This document shows positions 27,498 through 37,648 of a stretch of 64,000 bases of DNA, piece by piece. Source of the stretch: a virus; the IMG/VR virus record IMGVR_UViG_3300045988_161245, positions 148,685 through 212,684 of that record. One strand, given 5' to 3'. Under the pieces are notes generated by a model. It searched no databases, was not told the DNA's origin, and saw nothing but the letters and a program-made list of their open reading frames with translations. The position numbers and the translations under genes were made by a program. The number at the start of each line of letters is the position of its first letter. The first letter of the stretch is position 1.

Positions 27498-29330
27498 TCA
27501 CCAACTTTCATCTTCGTATTCATCGTTATCTTCTATATCTTCGAAAGAAGTACTTAAAACATCTACGTCATCAATAACAAACTGTAATGTTTTAATTCCT
27601 TGATACTCACTAATGCATGGATTTCCAACAATATTGATTTTTGCAACATTATCAAATGAATTTTTGAGCCAATCCATAACAGAATTATCATCTTTACATT
27701 TAAACTGTACAAACTTAATCTCACCAATTTTAAAGCAATAAGAATCTTCATTCTTGCCCTGAATGGTAATATCGTCTCTATTTACTTCAATATCTGTAAT
27801 AGCAATCATTGGTTCTTCAATGCCTTGTCCAATCAAGTCTGTAAATTTTGTCATCTCATAAATGATGCTTTCATTTACATCGTACTCTGGAATGATAAAA
27901 TCACATAAATAGACTTTAGTGAAATCTTCATCTTTTAATTTATCATTGAATATTTCTTTTGCTTTTTCTACGTTATCAACTGGGATTTCAATACCGAATG
28001 CAGATTTGTGCCCCTGGGCAAAATTGAATTGATTGTTAGACTCTACAAGATCTCTGAAACTTTCAATAGGACTATGGTTTATATTTCGTCCACTACCACC
28101 AAATACAATGGTATTTGTTTTATAATCATAATGTTTCTTTAATAATAAACACGGTCTGTTGTACTTCTCAGCTACTTTGATTGCACATACTCCTGTCATT
28201 CCACCATCAAGAAGTTCTGATACATCACACATGATTACTTTATCATTAGGATTTTCTCCAATCTGATCAAATATCATCTGTACACTTTTTTCACGGCTCT
28301 TATCCTGTCTTGCTTTTGCATTCTTTGCAAGTCGTGCAGCTCTATCATAAATACTTTCCTGGATAACCTCTGCAGGTTTATCTTTTGTTGCACGTTTCTT
28401 ATACTCGAACCAAGCATCTTGTTCGATAAATGCTTTAAACATAAGTTCTTTTTCTTCCGGTGAACCGAACCTCGTACAGCCGTTCAAAATTGGTGTCACG
28501 TAAAATTGGACATTATGTATATTCACCACTCCACCCATACTATATTCCTGAGCATTTATAAGTGCTTGAAAGAATTTGTTACTGATGTTGTGCAATCCAA
28601 CCTCTACGAGATATTTTGTTTCAGGTGAACGCATGTCCATTACATCTGAAATATTTGCTAAAGCAACCAAATCTAAAAAGTCATCTGCATATTCACACCA
28701 TAAAAAATCATCTAATGCTTTTAAGAATTTATATACAATCCCAGCTCCACATAAGCTTTTATTTGTATAAAACTCACTCATCTGATTATTTACGATTAAT
28801 GCATATGGATTGTCTATTAAGTTTCCTTCTTTATCTTTTGCTTGTTCGTGATGATCTAAAATAAGAACATCAACTCCACGATCTTTCAATATTTTGCATG
28901 CTTCTACATCATTTGTTCCTGCATCCGGAACAATCAGCAATTTTGTATCTTTATCAACAATTACATCATCATCTAATCCCTCAAGACCATGTGTTTTTGT
29001 TCTCTTGTGAAGGATATATCCAACAGGATAATCCTTATTTAATCTTTTAATATACGAATACTTCATTGCTGCACAACAATTTCCATCTACATCTTCGTCT
29101 ATAAGAATCTGTATTTTATCGTTATTATCAAAATGGCTTAAAAATAATTCAACAGCTTCACCGATATTATCAAGTAATCCATAATCAAGCTCTGCAGAGT
29201 GATCTAATGATAAATACTCTTTTGGATTCTCAATATCTCTATTTTTCAGAAAATCAATCTGAATATTCTTTAAGTCATTATATTTATTTTCCGAATTTTT
29301 ATATAACTTAAACTTCAACTTTCCAATCAC
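27498..29330 (-). CDS. DHH-family RecJ-like phosphoesterase/exonuclease
   Basis: DEDVDGN, VPDAGTND, ILDHHE (DHH) and GGSGR/GHKSAFG (DHHA1-like) motifs. Confidence 0.7.
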   Translation of the reverse strand: MIGKLKFKLYKNSENKYNDLKNIQIDFLKNRDIENPKEYLSLDHSAELDYGLLDNIGEAVELFLSHFDNNDKIQILIDEDVDGNCCAAMKYSYIKRLNKDYPVGYILHKRTKTHGLEGLDDDVIVDKDTKLLIVPDAGTNDVEACKILKDRGVDVLILDHHEQAKDKEGNLIDNPYALIVNNQMSEFYTNKSLCGAGIVYKFLKALDDFLWCEYADDFLDLVALANISDVMDMRSPETKYLVEVGLHNISNKFFQALINAQEYSMGGVVNIHNVQFYVTPILNGCTRFGSPEEKELMFKAFIEQDAWFEYKKRATKDKPAEVIQESIYDRAARLAKNAKARQDKSREKSVQMIFDQIGENPNDKVIMCDVSELLDGGMTGVCAIKVAEKYNRPCLLLKKHYDYKTNTIVFGGSGRNINHSPIESFRDLVESNNQFNFAQGHKSAFGIEIPVDNVEKAKEIFNDKLKDEDFTKVYLCDFIIPEYDVNESIIYEMTKFTDLIGQGIEEPMIAITDIEVNRDDITIQGKNEDSYCFKIGEIKFVQFKCKDDNSVMDWLKNSFDNVAKINIVGNPCISEYQGIKTLQFVIDDVDVLSTSFEDIEDNDEYEDESW

Positions 29331-30364
29331 ATCCTATCTGTTAACGGATATACATTATTTTCCAATAAGTATTCCCATCTATCTTTATTATCCGATGGAG
29401 ATTCTTTCTCACCTGTTAGCTGATTGTCTTTATCGAACATATAATACGCTGGAATACCATCTGGTAATCTATCCGAAATTCTCAGTATATCATCCAAAAC
29501 AACATCTTTATCAAAACAAAATACAATCTTAACGCCAAGTCTAATCAGCATATCTAACTGATGTCTTGAAATATTCTTTCCTCCTGTAGATACTGCATTT
29601 TTATATCCATAGGACCATAGCTGCATTACACCTTTTTCTGATTCAACAACATATACGACTCCTAACCTTTTTATATATGGAAGCGTTTTATTCAATCCGA
29701 ATAGAATTTTTGATTTTGCACATTTCTCTAAATACAAATATTTACATTCAGATTCATCAACCTCTTTTTGAAATAATCGACCCTTCACTCCGACTAAATC
29801 GCCAATTTCTGAATATATTGGTATTGTTATTCTATTTGTTTCGGTATCATAGCCAATCTGAAATTCTTTCTGGGTTGAATAACTAATCCCATCTTCATAA
29901 AATAAGTCATTCACGTAAGGTTTATAGTAGTCAAGTATTTCAACAGGTATTGGTTTTAATGGAACTTCTTTCTCATCAGTTTGCTCTGTAGACATTTCAT
30001 TAACTAATTTCAATATCTTTAAACTCTCAGGTATATCTGATTCAAAGTCATGATAATAAGAAATTCCAACCTCTTGACATATAAATTTCAGTCCTTCAGG
30101 AAATGATAGTTTTTCACAAAAGCAAACTAAATCAATAATATCAGTAGCTCTGTCAGTTTCAACCATTTGTCTCGTATAGTTTGTACATGATAAATTTTCC
30201 GTATTATATATTACGATTGCACCGGTATTATCACCGTCTGGATTTCCGCAGGTCCAATAATCTCCATGAAATTTAATATGATGGCAGTGAATCGCATCAA
30301 GAATCTGTTCCACATAATTATTTTCTAATATATATTCTTTTAATTCTCTAGCATCCACTGCCAA
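29327..30364 (-). CDS. DNA primase (Toprim domain)
   Basis: N-terminal Cys/His cluster (HCHHIKFHGDYWTCGNP). Toprim motifs VVESEKGVMQLW and FCFDKD. The gene overlaps the RecJ-like gene by 4 nt. Confidence 0.7.
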   Translation of the reverse strand: MAVDARELKEYILENNYVEQILDAIHCHHIKFHGDYWTCGNPDGDNTGAIVIYNTENLSCTNYTRQMVETDRATDIIDLVCFCEKLSFPEGLKFICQEVGISYYHDFESDIPESLKILKLVNEMSTEQTDEKEVPLKPIPVEILDYYKPYVNDLFYEDGISYSTQKEFQIGYDTETNRITIPIYSEIGDLVGVKGRLFQKEVDESECKYLYLEKCAKSKILFGLNKTLPYIKRLGVVYVVESEKGVMQLWSYGYKNAVSTGGKNISRHQLDMLIRLGVKIVFCFDKDVVLDDILRISDRLPDGIPAYYMFDKDNQLTGEKESPSDNKDRWEYLLENNVYPLTDRM

Positions 30365-30376
30365 TCACCTCACTAA

Positions 30377-31939
30377 TTATTTTTGTCTTTGTATTAACTG
30401 CCCAATATTTATCCAAGTATTGTAATCAAGATTAATTTCGAATAACATAATCTTGTCCTTACTTCCAGCTCTGTTTTTATCAATTTTAATTGCAAAATAT
30501 TGCTTACCTAAATCCAGGTCAGATATTGTAGGATCACCCCATCCAGGAGTATCACATATCATCTGATATTTGTGGTATTCACTCTTTTCAATCATCTTTC
30601 CAAGAGTAAGAGTGTCAGTAACATGTTTAATACCTTTACTAGATGCAATATTCATTGAGCTTAATTGGAACACATCTGTAAACTTACTATCATCAGATAA
30701 CTGGAACACTGCAAAGCCAAACATTTTAAGTTCTTTGGTAATCTCCTTAAGCTTAGTTGCAATCTGCTTTAACTGTGCCCAGTCTTCTACTTGATAGTTC
30801 TTCAATGTATCATAACCATAATAGGTTACTTCATTTACAAGCTTCGCCTTACGTAATTCAAATTCAATACGTTCCATAGAGTAATCGTCCTGGACATCTT
30901 TGTACAAAAGCTTACCTTTTGTATTCTCATCAATCCATTCTCCTACTTGAACGATTTTATGATACTCATCTGAATCACGTTCAACCCTTTCTATATACTC
31001 TTCTTCTGATTCTGTATAGATACCATTCTCATCTATATGCCTACGAATTATCTCACCGTTTCTATCTCTGTACGCGCCCAAAACAATCTCACGTTCTGGC
31101 TTCTTAATCTTAATACCATGCAGTTCTTGATACTCTTTATTATTGATTACAGTAACAATCATACAGTTTTTAAGGTCATCTTCATCCATCTCGTTGGACA
31201 TAAGAAGAAAGTTTTTATGCTGTACCAAAGTTACATAAGCTGCTAATGCAATAAGCTTTCGAGATTTACCACCATTTGAGATAAAGCCCTCAAAGTGCGT
31301 TTTACCCTCTCGCATCCCAAGAAAGAATTCATTGTACATTGGCCAGGGATATGGAAGACCAAAGTTTGGTTTCTTCAGATATCTTTTAATCTGATCAGCA
31401 TTACCTTTTGTAAGCTCTACAGCTTCCTCTCCTGCATTAATTACAGTATGAATTTTATCTGCTTTTGCTCTGATAACCCTGTAAATATCGTTAGCTGTCA
31501 TCTTATCAAAATTCTTATGAGCAAGAATTTTATCGACAGGATAACCGTTTCTTCCGTATTCCCTAACAAGCGAGTATTTCTTTACTGTATCAAAATAATT
31601 CTTAATGTCATTCGTATCTGCCAAGCGCATAAATTCACTAATTGTCTTCCAACCGTGATATTTCTTATAATTACTCATTCGCTCGGCATCCTGTGACATA
31701 AATACATTTAGTTTTGTTTCATCAACTGTTTGGGAAAATTTAAGATAGTAAGTTTCAAGACATTTATAAAAGAAATAGACTACTTCATCAGAAAAGTCAT
31801 ATTGGGGTCGCATAAAATTGCCATATGTAACATACAAGTCCGGAGATTTGTATAATGATCCAACAAACATGATTTCAGATTGTACATTACATACATTATT
31901 AATTTCTTCCATCTGCCATTCCTTATCCAAAAATATCAA
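30377..31939 (-). CDS. DnaB-like replicative helicase
   Basis: N-terminal DnaB-like domain (QSEIMFVGSLY). RecA-like C-terminal domain with a degenerate P-loop SNGGKSRKL and FAVFQLSD. Sits next to the primase. Confidence 0.65.
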   Translation of the reverse strand: MIFLDKEWQMEEINNVCNVQSEIMFVGSLYKSPDLYVTYGNFMRPQYDFSDEVVYFFYKCLETYYLKFSQTVDETKLNVFMSQDAERMSNYKKYHGWKTISEFMRLADTNDIKNYFDTVKKYSLVREYGRNGYPVDKILAHKNFDKMTANDIYRVIRAKADKIHTVINAGEEAVELTKGNADQIKRYLKKPNFGLPYPWPMYNEFFLGMREGKTHFEGFISNGGKSRKLIALAAYVTLVQHKNFLLMSNEMDEDDLKNCMIVTVINNKEYQELHGIKIKKPEREIVLGAYRDRNGEIIRRHIDENGIYTESEEEYIERVERDSDEYHKIVQVGEWIDENTKGKLLYKDVQDDYSMERIEFELRKAKLVNEVTYYGYDTLKNYQVEDWAQLKQIATKLKEITKELKMFGFAVFQLSDDSKFTDVFQLSSMNIASSKGIKHVTDTLTLGKMIEKSEYHKYQMICDTPGWGDPTISDLDLGKQYFAIKIDKNRAGSKDKIMLFEINLDYNTWINIGQLIQRQK

Positions 31940-32765
31940 TTAGTAAATCGTCCAAGGAGTCATCACTATTATTATTTGTTTCAACTGTTTTTGGCTGTGG
32001 AGCAGTTGTTAATATTAATTTTTCATCAGTTTTATCTGATTGAGCTTCTGCCTCTAAGATTTTTTGTTTTTCAAGGAATTTTAAGTAAGAATCATATTTG
32101 TTATATAAGACTTTTAAATCATATTTAACTCTTAATACGCCTATTATCTCTTTACCTTTAGCAATATTCTGTGCATTGATTTTATCCAGATAAGATTGTT
32201 TACGCACAAACATGTCATATAAATGCTTTGGTGGGATTTTAACACCATATCTACCATCATATAGTGCTGCTATAGAATCCCATGGGACTGTCTGAATATC
32301 ATACTGTTTTCGGATATAATCATTAACAAGCTTTTCATCAAAGATTCTATCTACCTCTTTGACAGCTGCTATCTCATATTCATTTAACTTTGTAATATCC
32401 TTTTTTCTTCCATTAAAAACACCTACAATCTTTACATACGCATCCTCTTTGTACTCTGGAATATTTTCCACAAATATTGGTTTGTCTGAATATTTCTTTT
32501 TAAAACAATCTTCATGCCAATACTTATTTTTAAATACAAGAATACCTTCCTGATCTGCATCCTCGATGATAATATCTTTTGAGCAGCCACCACATTTTCT
32601 GTGGAATCCTGCAGATTCTTTAAAACACTTTTCGTGATAGAAAAGTCCATCAAAGAATACTACATTTTCCACAGATTTATTTCTTTCAAAATGGATGTGG
32701 CGTTGGCAACAATGGCAAACTCTATCAAATTCATTAACTAAATTATCATTCTTTGCTCGTGCCAT
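31923..32765 (-). CDS. hypothetical Zn-binding protein
   Basis: 280 aa with two CxxC..H..C clusters (CHCCQRHIHF, CGGCSKDI..HEDC). Confidence 0.45.
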   Translation of the reverse strand: MARAKNDNLVNEFDRVCHCCQRHIHFERNKSVENVVFFDGLFYHEKCFKESAGFHRKCGGCSKDIIIEDADQEGILVFKNKYWHEDCFKKKYSDKPIFVENIPEYKEDAYVKIVGVFNGRKKDITKLNEYEIAAVKEVDRIFDEKLVNDYIRKQYDIQTVPWDSIAALYDGRYGVKIPPKHLYDMFVRKQSYLDKINAQNIAKGKEIIGVLRVKYDLKVLYNKYDSYLKFLEKQKILEAEAQSDKTDEKLILTTAPQPKTVETNNNSDDSLDDLLIDIFG

Positions 32766-32776
32766 AATTTATCCAA

Positions 32777-33949
32777 TCAGTTTTTCATCGTCTCAATAAC
32801 TTCCTGTAATACAGAAATATCATTTACATTCTTGTATGCAGTTGGTAAACCTTTTGCTTCAAGTTTTTCTTTAAGGGATTTCTTCTCGACTGGAGAAAGA
32901 GAATTTTTAATAGATACGATTTCTTTTCGAAGATCGTCTGGCGTTGGAGATGTTGAAGTGGATGCATCGGATGATGTTGTATCCTCTGTAACAGGATCGC
33001 CAACCTTACCAAGCACCTCTTTAGCATACAGGTCCTGCTCAACTTCGACTGCTTTAGTTAAGTCGTTCTTGAGAATAAAATCTTCTTTACCTTTATTTTT
33101 ATCAAGTGCTGCTTGCCAATCAAGTAATGATGGGTCTTCTACAATTTCACCAGATCCATGCACTCCTGTACGGTCTTTCTGAATCTCAGCACAAATCTGT
33201 CCGGTTTCTTTGTCAAAGAAAGTGCGGATTACTGTGTTAGCATTGTACTCAAGACCTTTAAATCCATCAATAATTTTCTTACCTGTTGCTACAGACTGGA
33301 ACTGTCCATCATCTGTTTTGATGTTTTTTGTTTCGTCTTTTTCTCTGGCTGTTGTAATACAGTGAACTCCAGATGACATAAGATCGAGAATAAGGTCTTG
33401 TCCTTTAAACTTTATTACATTAAAATCTTTTATTTCAAGTCCGGCACCTTCAATCTTAACAAGTCGCTCATCTCCAAGCAATCCAGCTTTATCGGCCTTT
33501 ACTTTATTGCGCTTCTTAGAAAACTCAACTAATCCAGACTGTGTTGTTAAATTAAGAATTGTTGTGCCATCTACTACAATTGCATCAGCTCTAAATGGTT
33601 TTCCATCTGCATCTGTAACAATATCATCTGTTTCATTTCCTTCATCATCAAGTTCATAAAGATCTTCGTTATTTTTCACTTTTGCAATATACTGTCTGAC
33701 TTCTGTAAGTGACTGAGTGTAAAGAATATAAATGTTATCAAGATTAACACCAGCCGCTTCCATTCTGTCTAAGTAACTATCAAGTCCACCTGACTCAGCG
33801 TCAATGTATAAAACTCTAAATGGAGTGCCATCTTCTCTTTTGAAAAATGCAATCTGTGATGCTAATGTTGTCTTACCTGTGAAAGTATCTCCGTAAATAA
33901 TCATGTTAAGTTTTGTTTTTGCCTGTTTTGCTTTTCTTCCTTTTGCCAT
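32777..33949 (-). CDS. AAA_24 / Sak4-like RecA-fold ATPase
   Basis: Walker A IYGDTFTGKTT with a Walker B-like VLYIDAE. Sits beside the SSB-like gene, as in phage recombination modules. Confidence 0.65.
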   Translation of the reverse strand: MAKGRKAKQAKTKLNMIIYGDTFTGKTTLASQIAFFKREDGTPFRVLYIDAESGGLDSYLDRMEAAGVNLDNIYILYTQSLTEVRQYIAKVKNNEDLYELDDEGNETDDIVTDADGKPFRADAIVVDGTTILNLTTQSGLVEFSKKRNKVKADKAGLLGDERLVKIEGAGLEIKDFNVIKFKGQDLILDLMSSGVHCITTAREKDETKNIKTDDGQFQSVATGKKIIDGFKGLEYNANTVIRTFFDKETGQICAEIQKDRTGVHGSGEIVEDPSLLDWQAALDKNKGKEDFILKNDLTKAVEVEQDLYAKEVLGKVGDPVTEDTTSSDASTSTSPTPDDLRKEIVSIKNSLSPVEKKSLKEKLEAKGLPTAYKNVNDISVLQEVIETMKN

Positions 33950-34030
33950 TTAATTATGCTCCTTATATATAAATTGATTTGTTATATTTCTCAAATGTTG
34001 GGAGGAAATTTAATTCCTCCCAGTGGTCAA

Positions 34031-35128
34031 TTACCACTCTTCATCCTCTTCGTCAGCTTCTCCGAGACTACTATCTCCCCATCCACTATCGTCAGAATCG
34101 CTACCATAGCTTTCCTCGGCTTTATTAGCGTTTCTAATCTTCTGCATTGCTTCTTCGATAGCTTCCTTAGAGTACAGGTCTTTTTCAATGGTAGTCGGGT
34201 CAGCACCAGTCACAATGTACTCACGTTTAACAGGGGTAGAAACTTTCTCCATTTCGTCCTCTTCTCCCCATCCATCATCTACAGCAACTTCTTCTACCTG
34301 AACGGAAGCCTGTACATGACCGGATACTTTAAGTGCCCAATATGGTTTCACTTTCTTCCTAAACGTCATTGCAAGTTTTTTCTGCTTCTCATCAACAGGG
34401 TCAAGAATAAACTCAACGTCCTCAATATTGGAATAAGTTACAACCTTTCCGGAGATAACATATCTTCCTGTTTCTTTATCGTCTTCAACTTCTTTCTCAA
34501 TTCCCATAAAGACAATTACCTGGTTGAAGTTGTTTTGAGCTTTAAATTTTTCATTATCAAATTCACATGGGGCACAAAGAGAAATCTGAGATGGTTCCAT
34601 AGATTTGTATCGTTTGATGTTACCTTTATCATCACGATTGCTGCGGTAAGAAATGCTACCTTTTACAAAAACGCTTTCTCCGTCTTTAAGATTATTACGA
34701 ATCTCGGCACAAGCATCATAATCGGTAAGTACTTTTTTATCATTTACCTGTTCACCTTTTTCATTGGTTACTTTAGTAAGTCCAAGATTTTTACCAATAA
34801 GTCTAAATCCTTCATTCTTCGGATCTTCCGCAAATTTAAATCTGTTTGCCCAGGATACCGGCTGTGATGTTCCTTTTTTACCTTTTTCTTCTGGCTTTTT
34901 ATAGAAGTAAACTTTCTCCTGCTCAATTCCAGTAAATCCGATATATAAATCTCGACCTTCATCATATTCAAGACCGAAGTTTACGATTCGCATTTCCTTA
35001 CCAGTTCGTGTCTGCTTTTCAGTGTAGAAATTATCTTTCTTAGTTCCCTTAACTACACCTTTGATCATAAAATTACCTTTTGTTTCTGGGAGATTAAATA
35101 ATCTCTGTTTTTTAGTATTGTTCTCCAA
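34031..35128 (-). CDS. ssDNA-binding protein candidate with acidic C-terminal tail
   Basis: 365 aa with OB-fold-like N-terminal repeats and a C-terminal tail DSGWGDSSLGEADEEDEEW like SSB protein-interaction tails. The call rests on position and the tail only. Confidence 0.5.
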   Translation of the reverse strand: MENNTKKQRLFNLPETKGNFMIKGVVKGTKKDNFYTEKQTRTGKEMRIVNFGLEYDEGRDLYIGFTGIEQEKVYFYKKPEEKGKKGTSQPVSWANRFKFAEDPKNEGFRLIGKNLGLTKVTNEKGEQVNDKKVLTDYDACAEIRNNLKDGESVFVKGSISYRSNRDDKGNIKRYKSMEPSQISLCAPCEFDNEKFKAQNNFNQVIVFMGIEKEVEDDKETGRYVISGKVVTYSNIEDVEFILDPVDEKQKKLAMTFRKKVKPYWALKVSGHVQASVQVEEVAVDDGWGEEDEMEKVSTPVKREYIVTGADPTTIEKDLYSKEAIEEAMQKIRNANKAEESYGSDSDDSGWGDSSLGEADEEDEEW

Positions 35129-35311
35129 TTTAAGAACCTCCTTTGAAATATATATAAATTTTTTAATTGTAACCTGTATCTAAACCTAGTAAGTCACTAG
35201 GATAATAAAAGGGAAATTTATAAGATAAACAGCCCAGTGGCTGAAAATCGAACCATATAAAATTGAATTTTTATTTTGGAAATGTTGGTGAAGAAAATCA
35301 CCAGTTAGAAA

Positions 35312-35827
35312 TTAATTATCAAAATGATCATAATACCGATAAAGGCTTACTACATCGTCAAGATTATCTTCTGATCCGTCATAGAAAACATACGAACCTT
35401 GCAGATAGCCACCAAGTACTTCTTCAATATATGTCCTTACTATTCTCAAAGTTTTACCAGAATAATAGCTGTCATCTACGAAAATAAATGGCTGATTCTT
35501 ATAAGAATCCAATTTCCAATTAGAATATTGAATTGGTTTACCCTTTCTTAAACTGCCATTAATATACTCAATACTGCAGTCGCTTAAAAACCATTTATAT
35601 TTCAATCTCAATGCTGCAATCTTTTCTCCAATTTCACCTGATATGATGATATTTTTTACACTTGATTGTGAGATATGTGTTAGATATGATATTAGAAAAT
35701 CTTCATCGTTTTTGATTAAATCATCTAGTTCATTGAAATATTCTTCTCCACCGCCGTGAAGATCAATACACTTTTTTGTAATTTGACTCATTCGGTGCTT
35801 CAGTTCATTTAGTGTTAACCGTTTCAT
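35312..35827 (-). CDS. phosphoribosyltransferase-domain protein
   Basis: PRPP-binding signature FIFVDDSYYSGKTL near the C-terminus. Confidence 0.6.
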   Translation of the reverse strand: MKRLTLNELKHRMSQITKKCIDLHGGGEEYFNELDDLIKNDEDFLISYLTHISQSSVKNIIISGEIGEKIAALRLKYKWFLSDCSIEYINGSLRKGKPIQYSNWKLDSYKNQPFIFVDDSYYSGKTLRIVRTYIEEVLGGYLQGSYVFYDGSEDNLDDVVSLYRYYDHFDN

Positions 35828-35876
35828 AACTTATACTTCCTCGTTTTTGTTTAGTTTTTACTTATTTCTAAGCAAG

Positions 35877-35934
35877 TACACAGGATAGGATTCGAACCTA
35901 CATTCTAATGTCCTGCCATTTAGACGACCTGTGC
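35877..35934 (-). ncRNA. 58-nt mini-tRNA-like gene lacking the anticodon arm
   Basis: The minus strand reads GCACAGG-TC-GTCT-AAATGGCA-GGAC-ATTAGAAT-GTAGG-TTCGAAT-CCTAT-CCTGTGT-A. It has a 7-bp acceptor, a normal D arm (A14, GG) and a normal T arm, but only 8 nt where the 17-nt anticodon arm plus variable loop should be. Confidence 0.5.
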
Positions 35935-36058
35935 TACCGATTATATAAAATGAAAGAAATTTTAATTGAGACACTGTAATTTTTATTAATACCCTATAGG
36001 TGATTCGATATAATTAATGCTCCAAGAGCGCAATACATATAAATCACAGTACCTCAAA

Positions 36059-36141
36059 TACGGATGATGGGACTCGAACCCACAAGGTTGTTAACCGCTG
36101 GAACCTAAATCCAGTCTGTTTTCCTATTTCAGCACATCCGC
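36059..36141 (-). tRNA. tRNA-Leu (anticodon TAG), type II
   Basis: Hand-folded. Acceptor GCGGATG/CATCCGT, D arm CTG-AAATAGGAAAA-CAG, anticodon arm CTGGA-TTTAGGT-TCCAG, long variable arm CGGTTAACAACCTTG, and T arm with loop TTCGAGT. No encoded CCA. Confidence 0.85.
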
Positions 36142-36526
36142 TTATTTTGGCAAGAACCTGTATAACTTGCCAGTAACTCTTATACTCTCACTTATACAAA
36201 CAAGGTGACGTGAGCGAATTACTTTTTAGAAAAAGATCCTTGTTATATTCTTCTTCTCAGATTTTTATGTAGGCGACCATCGCAGAAACCTACTGCCTTA
36301 TCTCTGCTACTCAACAGATCTCGTATATCTCTTACGCTGAATCTGGCTTCCGCAGATTACGGACTATCGTAGAATCCACACAGGACTCATATGAGATATT
36401 TTTGGCGACGGTTTTTCGTGCTTTATTTAATTGTATTTTGTATTTTTACGCGCTTTGCTTAATAAATCTTTTGAGTTCACATTCACCGGTATCCTGATTT
36501 TTACTACAAAATTTTTATTAAGCAAG

Positions 36527-36600
36527 TGGACCATCTGTGATTCGAACACAGAAATCTTTCGCTTATGAGGCGACTGCCTTAACCGTTTGGCTAATGGTCC
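36527..36600 (-). tRNA. tRNA-Met/Ile2 (anticodon CAT)
   Basis: Acceptor GGACCAT/ATGGTCC, D arm GCCAAACGGTTAAGGC, anticodon loop CTCATAA, T arm CTGTG-TTCGAAT-CACAG. No encoded CCA. Confidence 0.85.
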
Positions 36601-36827
36601 TTAACTTGATAGAGCAAACCCTGAAATCTCTATCTCTCATTTATTTTAAGACTAATGAGTTTATCCCACATATCAAACGCTTAATGCGGCTACATCAAGC
36701 TGTGGCCGACCATTTGTACATCGAAATGCTAACCATAGCGCATTCGATCATAAGGATTGAAAGTCTGTGTTTTTCTACTCGGTTTATTAAGGTCGTATGA
36801 AAATACATCTAAAAACAGTGGACCTAG

Positions 36828-36900
36828 CTGGGCTGGCAGGATTCGAACCTGCGAAATGGTAGAGTCAAATTCTACTGCCTTTCCACTTGGCTACAACCCA
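36828..36900 (-). tRNA. tRNA-Gln (anticodon TTG)
   Basis: Acceptor TGGGTTG/CAGCCCA with U1:A72 (a Gln hallmark), D arm GCCAAGTGGAAAGGC, anticodon arm GTAGA-ATTTGAC-TCTAC, T arm GCAGG-TTCGAAT-CCTGC. Confidence 0.85.
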
Positions 36901-36967
36901 ATAATGAGATAGTATATCGTTCCATTCTTCTACTATCTCGTTCCGCAATGTAAAATGGAAACGGAAC

Positions 36968-37040
36968 ATGGAACTAAATGGAATCGAACCATTGTTTACC
37001 TGTTATACCAACAGGTGTGCTGCCACTTCATCACAACCCA
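36968..37040 (-). tRNA. tRNA-like pseudogene/chimera (GTA-type anticodon arm, unpaired acceptor)
   Basis: T arm AATGG-TTCGATT-CCATT and hairpin CCTGT-TGGTATA-ACAGG are present. The 5' end GGGTTGTGATGAAGTGG copies the start of the neighbouring tRNA-Gln and cannot pair with the 3' strand TAGTTCC. Confidence 0.35.
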
Positions 37041-37574
37041 AAAACAATTTCATATCTTCAGTATCTACTCATCTTACTTTACGCTTAGACTTTCTTCGAG
37101 AGATCTGCGTAGCCATCTTCACATCCACACCTCAGATGATATGTATCTACAATAGTTACTTCCAATATGAAATTATTTCTCTTTCAAATTCCTTCTATTA
37201 AGTCTATATGGTAACAACATAGTGTAATCTACATTAGAAGTTCATCAAAAGAATTTTATTATATCCATATACATAAAATATATAATGCTCCTTAATTACA
37301 ATTCCCACATTTAACGTATGTGTAGAGCTATAACGCCATTTGAATATCTGATAAGTATCAGCACTTTGGAGGGATATATCGTTTCACCACATCCACAGGT
37401 TAACCACGCCTTATTCAAAATGGATAGCATAAGAGTCCATCAGCCATAGGAGCAGACTCCACGGAGTTCCATAACGATGACTTTTGGATTTATTATGTCA
37501 ATGATTGTTTTGCACCGCCTATATTCGTAACTATGCTATTCAATTTATATTCTAATAGGAAGAAACTCTTCCAG

Positions 37575-37648
37575 AAGAACATATGGGATTTGCACCCATG
37601 ACGGTCACAACCTATGTGGTTGCCGCTCTCCTCCTGAGCTAATGTTCT
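37575..37648 (-). tRNA. tRNA-like gene, CAT anticodon in a non-canonical loop (A33) and T-loop TGCAAAT
   Basis: Perfect acceptor AGAACAT/ATGTTCT, D arm GCTC-AGGAGGA-GAGC, anticodon arm GCAAC-CACATAG-GTTGT, T arm ATGGG-TGCAAAT-CCCAT. Positions 33 and 55 deviate from universal tRNA residues. Confidence 0.45.

Noticed and set aside
33956-34867. 303-aa plus-strand ORF, the longest plus-strand ORF in the replication region
   Set aside because: It lies entirely antisense to the well-supported SSB-like gene (34031-35128). Its product is low-complexity and rich in Phe, Ile, Leu and Ser, as expected for the reverse frame of an AT-rich gene. It has no RBS, and every neighbouring gene is on the minus strand.
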